Positions 1 through 9,052 of a stretch of 64,000 bases of DNA are shown here, in pieces; position 1 is the stretch's first letter; the number at the start of each line of letters is the position of its first letter. Where the stretch lies: NCBI GenBank assembly GCA_963766185.1, contig CAVXZU010000012.1, positions 18,212 to 82,211 on the forward strand, in the 5' to 3' direction. Under the pieces are notes generated by a model that ran no database searches, was not told the origin of the DNA, and worked only from the letters and a program-made list of their open reading frames with translations. The translations under genes were made by a program, and so were the position numbers. Origin of the DNA: an uncultured delta proteobacterium. GTDB lineage: Bacteria; Desulfobacterota; Desulfobaccia; Desulfobaccales; 0-14-0-80-60-11.

Positions 1-140
1 TGGATAAACTTGCAGAAGGGATGCGAGCACCGGATCAGGGGATTATGAATCCCTTTTTCCTTGAGGGGAATCAAACGCACCTGCAGCTTGGTGGCTTCCT
101 GGAAGGAGGCCATAATCCGGAAGAACAGGTTCTTCTCCAT
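1..140 (-). CDS. N-terminal part of an ORF running off the window start; possibly a PocR-like sensory-domain protein
   Basis: The reverse strand from ATG at 140-138 reads MEKNLFFRIMASFQEATKLQVRLIPLKEKGIHNPLIRCSHPFCKFI. The C..FC motif and the position after a corrinoid gene recall PocR domains. Only 46 codons are visible. Confidence 0.3.
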   Translation of the reverse strand, partial: MEKNLFFRIMASFQEATKLQVRLIPLKEKGIHNPLIRCSHPFCKFI

Positions 141-201
141 GGGGAAAGCAAAGGACGTATCGTGCGTTTTTGGTTTCCCAGGAGGCTGCGGCGGCTTCTT
201 C

Positions 202-849
202 TTACTGCCCTCCATTGACCAACTCCTTCGCCTTGTGGACCCCGTCCATGGCATCCCTGCCAAAGCCGTCGGCGCCGATACTGTCGGCGAAGGCCTGGGT
301 AATGGGGGAACCTCCGACGATGGTCTTCACTTTTCCCTTCAGGCCGGCTTTCTTCAAGGCGATGATCGTGTCTTCCATGGCATGCATGGTGAGGGTGTAC
401 AAGCAGGAGAGCATCAGGAGGTCGGCTTTCTCCTTCCTGACGACCTTGACGAACCGTTCCGGCGGAATATCGACCCCCAGGTCAATAACTTCAAACCCGG
501 CCGCCTCCATGAACATGACCAGGATATTTTTGCCGATATCGTGAATATCCCCTTCCACCGTACCGGCAATGACCTTGCCCAGAGGTTGACTCTGAGATTG
601 TTTCAGGAGCGGGGTCAGGGCATTCATGCACAACTTAATGGCCATGGCGGAGACCAGGACGTTGGGAATGAAGTATTCATAGACCTTCCACTTTTTTCCC
701 ACCTCCTGCATGGCCTGCACCACTGCCTGGGTGATAATCGCCTTGGGGGCATACCCGGCTTTCAGGCATTTTTCCGTCCAGCAGGCGATCTTGTTGATTT
801 TGCCCTTGACGATGGCGCATTCCAACTGGCGGATAGGATTCGTGCTCAT
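202..849 (-). CDS. Cobalamin-binding corrinoid protein (methyltransferase cognate, MtbC/MtmC-like)
   Basis: 215 aa with a B12-binding cap helix region and the DxHxxG signature (GDIHDIGKN), followed by a Rossmann-like B12-binding domain (LLMLSCL..., IVGG). Confidence 0.85.
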   Translation of the reverse strand: MSTNPIRQLECAIVKGKINKIACWTEKCLKAGYAPKAIITQAVVQAMQEVGKKWKVYEYFIPNVLVSAMAIKLCMNALTPLLKQSQSQPLGKVIAGTVEGDIHDIGKNILVMFMEAAGFEVIDLGVDIPPERFVKVVRKEKADLLMLSCLYTLTMHAMEDTIIALKKAGLKGKVKTIVGGSPITQAFADSIGADGFGRDAMDGVHKAKELVNGGQ

Positions 850-1996
850 CAGGGCCCTACCCCGGGCCGAAGAGAGGAAGCCAATCCTGTCGTATTTTTG
901 ACCCCTGGGCCTATGGTGCCAGCCACCACGGTGAATCTCTCCTTATATGCAATAACCATGTCAGCATGGAGTTTCTCCGCCGCCACCCACAAGATGGTAT
1001 CACACCCCAGGTTGGGAAAAGGGGCCTGGTTCGTGGCTTTCGTGCGGCGTTCCCTGTGATTCCCCTGCTTAGGGAAGGGAATTAACCTACTTTCACCATA
1101 CTCTATTGAGGAAATTAGTCAATAATGACCGTGCATGATAAGCTTCATGCCCGGTTCAGATTAAGCCGGCACCACAGGGGAAGTGGGGGAAAATAGGCTC
1201 GCGGTTGATAGTGATGATTGTGCGCGTCAGGCCAGCCCGGTCCAATCAGGGTGCCTCAGGGGAACGGTTGCTGCCCTGTACGCCTCCCTTCTGCCGGCCT
1301 GTGCTGCAACTCCGGCCTCTTCTTTGATCAGACGCGCCATCCCCAGTTCCAGCCTGAGTGAAGGTGAGCGTAACTTATTACAATACGCCCTTCCGCGAAT
1401 TTATCCGTATCGTTCGTATATCACAACCCTTGGAAATAGGGCTGACACCGGAAGGAGCAGTCGGGAAGAAATCGGCCCCAGCATGGTGTCGCCCTTCCCC
1501 TCCCCGACCTCGGCCGGAAGCACCGGCACCCCGAAATGCCCCCCAGACCTCCAACTGCATCCAATCTCTTCCCCCACCCTGACAGCCAGGTGGAACCGTG
1601 ATCTCGCCCCACAAAGCGTGCGACGCTTTTTTTCGGGGATCGTGGTACCAAGGCTGCGGATACTTCCTGGGTTGGCCATAGCCGGTCCTTCCCCCGGCCC
1701 CTCTCCCGGTCGAAAATCTATTGAAAAATTCTTGGACTGGAGATTATCCGGGGGGGCTGCCAGGTTGGTTGCTGGGATGCAAAACGGTATGACGAAAAAA
1801 GTGATATCCGGTGCCGACAGCGCATTATAGTATAGGCAAAATTTTTATACTTGGCGATTAAATTTTGAACCCTATGAAATGGTGAGTAGGTCGGTGAGTA
1901 GGTTGTGAGTAAAAGGGGGGTAAATTATGTCACTCGGTGCAATGTCAATGCTCCAACCATGCGGGTTTCCTGGGCCTCAGAACCTACCCCATGTGC

Positions 1997-2051
1997 CTTA
2001 AAATCCCTCGGTCGCAAGGCCGTGCCGGTTCGAGTCCGGCCCCAGGCACCA
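1997..2051 (+). pseudogene. 3' half of a class II tRNA, tRNA-Leu(UAA)-like (anticodon loop to CCA), with no matching 5' half
   Basis: cttaaaa-tccct-cggtcgcaaggccgtg-gccggttcgagtccggc-cccaggc-a-cca matches anticodon loop, long variable arm, T-arm, acceptor 3' strand and CCA. The upstream 30 nt cannot form a D-arm or the anticodon-stem 5' strand. Confidence 0.5.
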
Positions 2052-2563
2052 ATCCTTTTGGCTCATAAAGATCAAATGAATCGGCGTGGTTTTCCCTGCC
2101 CTTTGGGTTTGTCGCTTAAGATTGCGCCTCGCCATACCCGCCTTGCCCCTATCGCCGCAATGCATGCGCCGGGAGGCTCCTGATAGCACATCGCCCCTTG
2201 GCATAACCCGGATAATTCGCCAGACAACAAAAGACTTGGTGGCACAGGCTTTCCAGCCTGTGCAAAAAACACTCTGCTTTTCAGGGTTATTAAATTACTG
2301 TTATATTTCAGCATGTTAAGTAATATTTCGAAAAGTGCATGCATAAAGCGGTATAAGTTCGTGCTCCGCCACTGCGTCTAGAATAACCGCGCCTATCGGC
2401 CCTTAACCGCGCTTGGCGCTAAATTGTCCGCTGCACCCCCACCCGGTTCAACCGCCGCGCCATCCCACCTGAGAGGTTTTCGGGAATTTAATCCCGTCGC
2501 GTTGCAGCCAGGCCGCTTTTACTGGCCAATTGCCCAACTTTTTGATAGAGATGGCCAGGAGGA

Positions 2564-3958
2564 TTGACGCGCCTCATGTCCAACGGCACCCCCACCCTGT
2601 CCTGGCAGCCGCGGCCCCGCCCGGTGGCCTCGCCCCTGCCTCGCCTGGGGCGGCGCTTCTGGCCCCGGATCGACCCGGGACTCAAGGTGCTGATTCCAGC
2701 CCTGCTCATCGTTTTCCTGGTGTTGGCCGTCAAGTTCGGCTCCTTTCAAGCCTATGCCCAACTCCTGAGCCGCCAGACCTACACCTCCTTCCTCCCCGCC
2801 CTGGGAGCCGGCTACGCCCTGGTGATGCTCCTCTTTCAGTTGGGCCGCACCATCCTCTGGGCCCGCTACCGGCCCTATCCTCCGGCCGCCGGACCGTTGC
2901 CCCGCCTCACCGTCATCATCCCGGCCTACAATGAAGGGGCCATGGTGGAAAAAGCCATCGCCGCGGTGGCGGCTTCGGATTACCCGGCCGGCCGGCTGGA
3001 GATCATCTGCATCGACGACGGCTCCACCGATGACACCTGGTTCTATATTCAGCAAGCCCAGCGCCGCTACCCCCACCTCCTGAGGCCCATTCGCTTTGCC
3101 GCCAACCGGGGCAAGAAGGAGGGCCTTTACGCCGGGTTCACCCGGGGCCGGGGCGAGGTCTTCGTCACCATCGATTCCGACAGTATCGTCGCCCCGGATG
3201 CCCTGCGCCACCTGGTGGCCCCCCTGCTCGCCGACGGCTTGATCGGGGCGGTGGCCGGCAACGTCAAGGTCTATAACCGCAACCAGAGTCTCATGGGCAA
3301 GATGCAGGGCGTGCGGTTCGTGAACCTGGACTACCTGCGGGCCTCTCAATCCCTCTACCGGGCGGTGGTTTGCACCCCCGGGTCGCTGTCGGCCTACCGG
3401 CGCACCGCCCTGATGCCGCACCTCCCGGCCTGGCGGCGTCAAACCTTTCTGGGGGCCCCCTGCCAACACAGCGAAGACCGGGCCCTGACCAACTTCATCC
3501 TCAGGTCCGGCCACTACACTTATTATCAGCGGACCGCCCTGGTCTATACCCTGGTCCCCGAGACCTATCAAGGCGTGTGCCGGATGTACCTGCGCTGGGA
3601 GCGGGGCAACGTCCGGGAGTCCCTGGTCCAGTTGGGCTACCTGTTTACCCGGTACCGGGAGAAATATCGCCTCCTGCCCATCGTGGAATTCTTCCTGGCC
3701 CAGCTGGAATACCCCCTGACCCTGCTCTTCTTCGGGCTGCTGGTGGCTTCGGTGATCGTCTACCCCCTGATCCTGATCAAACTCCTGGCCGCCCTGGGGG
3801 TGGCCTCCCTGCTCAACCTGGTCTATTACCTCTGGCTGGAACGGGACCTGGAGTTCGTCTATGGCGTCATCTATACTTACTACGCCTTCTTCCTGCTCCA
3901 GTGGATTTACCCGTACGCCTGCCTCACCGTGCGCAACCGCCACTGGCTGACGCGCTGA
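2564..3958 (+). CDS. Membrane-embedded processive family 2 glycosyltransferase (NodC/hyaluronan- or chitin-synthase-like)
   Basis: 464 aa with LTVIIPAYNE, IDDGSTDD, TIDSDS and a Q/LRWERG-type motif (YLRWERGN). Hydrophobic N- and C-terminal segments. Confidence 0.8.
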   Translation: MTRLMSNGTPTLSWQPRPRPVASPLPRLGRRFWPRIDPGLKVLIPALLIVFLVLAVKFGSFQAYAQLLSRQTYTSFLPALGAGYALVMLLFQLGRTILWARYRPYPPAAGPLPRLTVIIPAYNEGAMVEKAIAAVAASDYPAGRLEIICIDDGSTDDTWFYIQQAQRRYPHLLRPIRFAANRGKKEGLYAGFTRGRGEVFVTIDSDSIVAPDALRHLVAPLLADGLIGAVAGNVKVYNRNQSLMGKMQGVRFVNLDYLRASQSLYRAVVCTPGSLSAYRRTALMPHLPAWRRQTFLGAPCQHSEDRALTNFILRSGHYTYYQRTALVYTLVPETYQGVCRMYLRWERGNVRESLVQLGYLFTRYREKYRLLPIVEFFLAQLEYPLTLLFFGLLVASVIVYPLILIKLLAALGVASLLNLVYYLWLERDLEFVYGVIYTYYAFFLLQWIYPYACLTVRNRHWLTR

Positions 3959-3987
3959 CGCCGCCGGCCGAGGGAGACGATGATAAG

Positions 3988-4459
3988 ATGATTGGCATAA
4001 CGATTCCCGGCTTCAAGGATTTACGGCTGGAACACCTGGTCATGGACTATAACGGCACCATCGCCGCCCATGGCCGCCTCATCCAGGGCGTGAAAGAAAA
4101 GGTGGAGCTCCTGGCGCCGCGGCTGACGAGTCCACATCTTGACGGCTGACACTTTCGGCACGGTCAGGGATCAGGTGGCGGATCTTCCCGCCGACCTGAT
4201 CGTTATTCCTCCGGGAGATCAGGCCCAGGCCAAGTCCGAATATGTGCGGCGGTTGGGGGGCGACAACGTGGTGGCCGTGGGCAATGGCCGCAATGACCGG
4301 CTCATGCTTCAGGAAGCGGCCCTGGGGATTGCCGTGCTCCAGGCCGAGGGCGCGGCAGTGGAGGCCCTCCTGGCAGCCGACCTGGTGGCCCCTGACATCC
4401 TCGCGGCCCTGGATTTGCTCCTGGTTCCCGGCGCCCTGACCGCCACCCTGCGGTCCTAG
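3988..4459 (+). pseudogene. HAD-superfamily hydrolase (COG4087 soluble P-type-ATPase-like), split by a +1 frameshift near 4126-4130
   Basis: MIGITIPGFKDLRLEHLVMDYNGTIA (DxxGT) in frame 1 continues as VHILTADTFG...VGNGRNDRLML in frame 2. GGGAGA lies 10 nt upstream of the ATG. Confidence 0.6.
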
Positions 4460-4894
4460 GACGGCCCGCGGCTTAACCTTAATCGTCCCGGACTCTTGTG
4501 CCGGCTCCAAGCCTGCCGGCAAATGCTCGTTGTGTTTTCCGCTCAAGAGCCTTATAATCTCATCCAATAGTGCAAAAGGAGGTGACCCCAGGTGCTTCGG
4601 CCAATTTTTCCCGGTTACGCCAGATCCTGAACCCTGGCCTCGCGAGGTCTTGGCAAGGCTCTCGACGACACCCCGGCTGGGACCGGCAGGGTCATCCGGG
4701 GAGAAGCAGCATAAGCAACGATCCCATGCTCTCTTCCCGCCCGCTCCGGATTTAACCCTCCCCCCCGCCCATCTCAGCCCCACCAGGGCCAAGGTTCACC
4801 TTGACGTCAGTGACATACGGCGAATCCGCGGAGTTTCTCGCCAAACTGTCGGGCGCCAAGCTTTGGGGAAAAATTACCGGAGGGATGCCACCGG

Positions 4895-5752
4895 GTGCAT
4901 AGCATGCGACTTGCTTGCTGTAATTTTCTGCCGGAAGTGGCAGCCGTGAAGGAATTCGCCCTGGCCCACGGGTTTGACGGGGTGGATTGGAGCTTTTTCC
5001 AGGACGATCTGCCGGACAGCCCGGGGGCTGAATCAGCTTTCGTCAAGTCAATCTCCCTGCTTACCCCCCTGGAAGTTCGCTATCATTGCCCTTTCAGCAA
5101 CCTGGACCTGGGGAATGAAAATCCGGCCGAAGCTCAAAAGGCGCAAAAGCTCTTGCGCCGGGTTTGCCGTCTGGTTTCCAAAGCGGGGGGCCGCTGCCTT
5201 ACCATCCACATCGGGTTGGGTCTCGACCACACCCTTGACCTCTGCTGGGAGCACACCGTGCAAGGGTTGATGGACCTGGTCCGTTTCGCCAACCACCTGG
5301 GGGTGCGCCTTTGCCTGGAAAACCTGGCCTCGGGGTGGACCAGCCGTCCGGAACTCTTCGAAAAGCTCCTCCGGGCCACCAGCGTCTGGGGGACCATCGA
5401 CGTAGGCCACGCGCAAGTCAGCCCCTCGGTGGTCAGTCATCGGTTTCGGGTGGCAGATTTTGTTATGCCCCATCCCGAGCGCTTCTTAAACGCCCATGTC
5501 TATCATGAAGAATGCTCCAGCGGCCACGTGCCCCCTGACAAACTGGCGGATCTCCGGGAGCGTCTCCTCCTGTTGCAAAAACTGCCGTTGTGCGACTGGT
5601 GGGTCCTGGAGCTGCGGGAAGAAGCCGCTCTCTTGCAAACCCTCAGAATCGTGCGGGAATTTTTATGCCCCGGGGCGCCGCCCCCTGGGGCGTCGTCAGG
5701 CCGGCTCAGAACGGCGGGAGAGCAGAGAACGGTGGTACGAGAACCGGAATAA
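4895..5752 (+). CDS. Sugar phosphate isomerase/epimerase (xylose isomerase-like TIM barrel)
   Basis: 285 aa; LTIHIGLG, LCLENL and IDVGHA motifs are typical of the AP_endonuc_2 TIM-barrel family. Confidence 0.7.
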   Translation: MHSMRLACCNFLPEVAAVKEFALAHGFDGVDWSFFQDDLPDSPGAESAFVKSISLLTPLEVRYHCPFSNLDLGNENPAEAQKAQKLLRRVCRLVSKAGGRCLTIHIGLGLDHTLDLCWEHTVQGLMDLVRFANHLGVRLCLENLASGWTSRPELFEKLLRATSVWGTIDVGHAQVSPSVVSHRFRVADFVMPHPERFLNAHVYHEECSSGHVPPDKLADLRERLLLLQKLPLCDWWVLELREEAALLQTLRIVREFLCPGAPPPGASSGRLRTAGEQRTVVREPE

Positions 5753-5815
5753 AGCTGGTATAGTGAGGACCAAGGCGCACGGCCAGGACAATTCAACCAT
5801 CTAACAGGAAGGAAC

Positions 5816-6865
5816 ATGACCGACAAAAGTTACAAGCCTTTGATGGAGCAGGTCCGAGCCGCCGGCTGAGCTGCTAAAGTTCCTCCCGGGGTTTTGGAGG
5901 AAATTTTGCAGGCTCTGCCCATCCAGTCCCATCCCGACCTGCTGGTCGGCATGGAGACGTCGGATGACGCCGGGGTGTATCGCCTGACGCCTGAAATCGC
6001 GTTGATTCAGACGGTGGATTTTTTTACCCCCGTGGTCAACGATCCCTATACCTTCGGCCAAATCGCCGCGGCCAATGCCTTAAGCGACGTCTATGCTATG
6101 GGCGGGCAGCCCCTGACGGCCCTCAACATTGTCTGCTACCCCAGCCAGACCGTGCCCAAGGAAGCGCTCCTGGCTATCCTGACCGGCGGCCTGGATAAGA
6201 TTCATGAGGCCGGGGCCCTGCTGGTGGGCGGCCATAGCGTCGATGACACGGAGTTGAAATACGGCCTCTCCGTCACCGGCGTGGTCCATCCGGACAAGGT
6301 CCTCACCAACGGCGGGGCCCGGCTGGGCGATGCGCTGGTCCTCACCAAGCCTCTGGGGACCGGCGTCATTGCCACCGCCATGAAAGGCCGCCTGGCATCG
6401 CCGGAGGCTACGGCCGCGGCCATCCGGGTCATGACGGCCCTGAACCGGCTGCCCGTGGCCTGCCTGGATAGCCTGGCGGTGCACGCCATCACCGACATCA
6501 CCGGCTTCGGCCTTTTGGGTCACGCCCTGGAAATGGCCACCGCCAGTCACGTCGAGATCACCTTCTCTGCACATCAGGTGCCGGTGCTGGCCGCGGCCAG
6601 GGAATATGCCGCCATGGGTCTGGTGCCGGCCGGCAGTTTCGCCAACCGCAACTTTTGCACCAAGAGCCTGACGGTGGCACCGGGTATCGATCCCCTGCTG
6701 GTGGACCTGTTCAGTGACGCCCAGACCAACGGCGGCCTGCTCCTCGCCGTGGCCCCGGACCAGGCTGAGGCCTTTCTGGATTGCCTCCAGGGCCACGGCA
6801 TCGAGGCCGCGGCCATCGGCGCCGTGACCGGTCAAGCCCCCGGGAGGATCAGGATAGAACCATGA
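5816..6865 (+). CDS. selD: Selenide, water dikinase SelD, selenocysteine form (in-frame TGA at 5867-5869)
   Basis: The track ORF 5894..6865 is clearly SelD (GMETSDDAGVY, FFTPVVNDPYTFGQIAAANALSDVYAMGG). The same frame extends upstream to ATG 5816 through one TGA, giving MTDKSYKPLMEQVRAAG-U-AAKVPPGVLEEIL. That is the conserved G-(C/U)-G/A-xK active-site loop. Confidence 0.9.
5876..5906 (+). promoter_or_regulatory. Putative bacterial SECIS hairpin downstream of the selD UGA
   Basis: ttcctcc (5880-5886) pairs with ggaggaa (5896-5902) around the G/U-rich loop cggggtttt. The hairpin starts about 10 nt after the UGA. Confidence 0.6.
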
Positions 6866-8163
6866 GATGCATTCTGGTGGTGCTTGACGGCTTAGGTGAC
6901 CGGGGCGTGGCCGCGTTTGGCGGCAAAACCCCGTTGCAGGAGGCCCGCACCCCCAATCTGGACCGCCTGGCGGCCCTGGGAATGAACGGCCTGTTGCACC
7001 CCTGGCGGCTGGGCATGGCCCTGCCCAGCGAAATGGCGCATTTTCTCCTGTTCGGCTACGATCGCCAGGATTTTCCCGGTCGCGGCTACATCGAAGCCTT
7101 GGGGGAAAACCTCCAGATCGGTGCAGATGATATTGCGCTCCTGGCCAGGATTTTTTCAGTCCGGGAGGACCGGGGCCGGTTGATTCTGGAGGTGGAAGAC
7201 CCCAAGGTCGACCCGGAGACCTGTTTGGCCTTGCAGGAGGACATCAGGCACTTCCGACATGAAGACCTGGAACTGGAGTTCATTCCCACCAAAGGGATCC
7301 GGGGGATCGTGTGCATCCGGGGGGAGGCGGCGGCGGAAATCACCGACTCCAACCCAATTTATGAGGGGCGCCCCCTCATGGAAGTGCTGCCCTTTGCCAC
7401 CCACCGGGAGAGTGTCCCGGCCCGCAACACCGCCGCGGCCCTCAACCGCTACCTGACTTGGTGCTACCACCGCCTCTCGGCGCACCCCCTGAACGACCAG
7501 CGACTGCGACTGGGACTCCCCCCCATCAACGCCGTCGCCACCCAGCGCCCCGGTCGGTTTAAACCGGTACAGCCCTTCCCGGAAAAGTGGGGCCTGCGCT
7601 CCCTGGCCATCACTTCCGGTGTCCTCTACAACGGCCTGAGCCGGTACCTGGGCATGGCCCGGCACCGGGTGACCGACACGGACCGGCCCGGAGAGGACTT
7701 ACGCCAGCGCTTGGAACTGGCCGCTTCGGCCACCGATTTCGATTTTATCTATGTCCACACCAAGGCCCCGGACGAAGCCGCCCACACCAAGGACCCCCGT
7801 ATCAAACGGGCCGTGCTGGAAGACCTGGACCAGGCCTTCGCCTTCGCCCTTAAGGTAATCGTTACCGATCCCGATACACTCTTAGTGATCACCGCGGACC
7901 ATTCCACCAACAGCGCCGGCCTCATGATCCACTCCGGAGAGAGCGTGCCCCTGTGCATGATCGGCCGCTATACCCGCCGGGATGCCGTGAAACGCCTTGA
8001 CGAAGTCAGTTGCGCCGGCGGCGCCCTGGGCACCGTGCGCGGCCGGGAACTCATGTATCTGGTGCTCAACTTTCTCGATCGGGGCAAGCTCCACGGCCTC
8101 ATGGACTCTCCCTGGGATCAACCCTTCTTCCCCGGTAAATATAAGCCCCTGACCATCAAGTGA
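6862..8163 (+). CDS. Alkaline-phosphatase-superfamily metalloenzyme, archaeal-type cofactor-independent phosphoglycerate mutase (ApgM)-like
   Basis: MRCILVVLDGLGDRG...GKTPLQEARTPNLDRLA...ITADHST. The ATG overlaps the selD stop (ATGA at 6862-6865). Confidence 0.7.
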   Translation: MRCILVVLDGLGDRGVAAFGGKTPLQEARTPNLDRLAALGMNGLLHPWRLGMALPSEMAHFLLFGYDRQDFPGRGYIEALGENLQIGADDIALLARIFSVREDRGRLILEVEDPKVDPETCLALQEDIRHFRHEDLELEFIPTKGIRGIVCIRGEAAAEITDSNPIYEGRPLMEVLPFATHRESVPARNTAAALNRYLTWCYHRLSAHPLNDQRLRLGLPPINAVATQRPGRFKPVQPFPEKWGLRSLAITSGVLYNGLSRYLGMARHRVTDTDRPGEDLRQRLELAASATDFDFIYVHTKAPDEAAHTKDPRIKRAVLEDLDQAFAFALKVIVTDPDTLLVITADHSTNSAGLMIHSGESVPLCMIGRYTRRDAVKRLDEVSCAGGALGTVRGRELMYLVLNFLDRGKLHGLMDSPWDQPFFPGKYKPLTIK

Positions 8164-8193
8164 GGGGGAAGATGGTTTGCCGGCGGCCAGCAC

Positions 8194-8781
8194 ATGGAGG
8201 CATTGAGACGCATGACCGCGTTAGCTGAAATCGGGGTGGCGCACGGCCGGTTCCAGGTGCTCCACCATGACCATTTGAAGTACATCCTGGCGGCTAAAGC
8301 CCGCTGCCGCCACCTGATCGTGGGCATTGCCAACCCGGACCCCACCCTGACCAGGTTTGATCCGGCCGACCCGCATCGCAGCAGTCCGGCCGATAACCCC
8401 CTGACCTATTACGAGCGTTATGTGATCCTCAAAGCGGCGCTGCTGGAACAAGGTATCCACCACCGGGATTTTTCCCTGGTGCCGCTGCCCATCAATTTTC
8501 CGGAACTCTATCAGTATTACGTGCCCCTCCAGGCCGTCTTCTATCTGACCAGCTATGACGAATGGGGGGAGAAGAAGCTCGAGATGTTTGAATCCCTGGG
8601 GCTGCACGTCGAGGTCCTGTGGCGCAGGCCCAAGGCCGAAAAGGGGCTCACCTCCAGCCTGATTCACCAAAAAATTGCCCAAAACCAACCCTGGGAACAC
8701 CTGGTCCCGGCCGCGGTGAGCACCTTGTTTACCCAACTGGGCCTGGTGGAAAGAATCCGCCGGCTGGCCGCCGGAAACTGA
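8194..8781 (+). CDS. Cytidylyltransferase-fold nucleotidyltransferase (NMN adenylyltransferase-like)
   Basis: GVAHGRFQVLHHDH is an HxGH-type motif. The size (195 aa) is typical for the family. Confidence 0.6.
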   Translation: MEALRRMTALAEIGVAHGRFQVLHHDHLKYILAAKARCRHLIVGIANPDPTLTRFDPADPHRSSPADNPLTYYERYVILKAALLEQGIHHRDFSLVPLPINFPELYQYYVPLQAVFYLTSYDEWGEKKLEMFESLGLHVEVLWRRPKAEKGLTSSLIHQKIAQNQPWEHLVPAAVSTLFTQLGLVERIRRLAAGN

Positions 8782-8917
8782 TGGTTCACGGCTGGTCTTT
8801 GGACACCCCGGCAATGCCCCCCTGCCTCACTTGAGCCAAGGGGGGAAACGAAAAACCCCCTCCGGCCACGGGGAGGGCTAGGGGATGTGCGGCTCGGTTC
8901 TCCTCCCCGCCTATCCC

Positions 8918-8946
8918 TTGACAACAAGCAGCGCCTCGGCTTTAAT
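8918..8946 (+). promoter_or_regulatory. Candidate sigma-70 promoter (TTGACA-17-TTTAAT)
   Basis: ttgaca at 8918-8923, a 17-nt spacer, tttaat at 8941-8946. It lies about 105 nt upstream of the Memo-like gene. Confidence 0.35.
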
Positions 8947-9052
8947 ACAACCAAAAACCTGCGCCATGCAAAGGTTTGGCTAACCGGCAGGCGCGGCCCT
9001 GCCCCGAGCGCCGCCAACCATGCGGCGCGGCCCCGCATCAAAGGAGGCGACC

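Noticed and set aside
850-1130. Possible cobalamin riboswitch, or a short coupled ORF, upstream of the corrinoid-protein gene (reverse strand).
   Set aside because: Pieces such as GGTGAAAG, AGGGAAC and GAAAGCCAC occur, but not in the order of the cobalamin aptamer. A 36-codon ORF (959..849, MVIAYKERFTVVAGTIGPG...) overlaps the corrinoid ATG, but it has no recognisable family and only a weak SD. It needs an Rfam/HMM check before any call.
1440-1500. SRP (4.5S) RNA-like string gacaccggaaggagcagtc.
   Set aside because: It resembles the conserved GGUCCGGAAGGAAGCAGC helix-8 motif. However, the closing pairs around the GGAA loop do not form (an A-A mismatch) and the flanks do not build the long SRP hairpin.
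1183-1830. 215-aa ORF in the ORF-poor region.
   Set aside because: Pro/Ser/Arg-rich, with no recognisable motif and no SD. Overlapping ORFs of similar length exist in other frames on both strands. I treat it as non-coding or decayed.
1997-2051. Alternative readings of the tRNA-like 3' end: a tmRNA 3' domain, or a tRNA-Leu(UAA) interrupted by a group I intron.
   Set aside because: The acceptor would lack the G3:U70 pair needed for tmRNA. For an intron, no 5' exon (gcctggg... with D-arm) is found within 900 nt upstream, and the break is at position 31/32 rather than within the anticodon.
2519-3943. Long antisense or alternative-frame ORFs. Examples: 2519..3943 (-), 11341..12741 (+), 13238..14077 (+), 23303..24322 (-), 28538..29452 (+), 43278..44303 (+), 49223..50266 (-), 54001..55311 (+).
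   Set aside because: Each lies opposite or out of frame to a gene with clear family motifs. Their translations are Gly/Arg/Pro/Asp-rich with no motifs. This is the usual stop-codon-poor shadow of GC-rich coding DNA.
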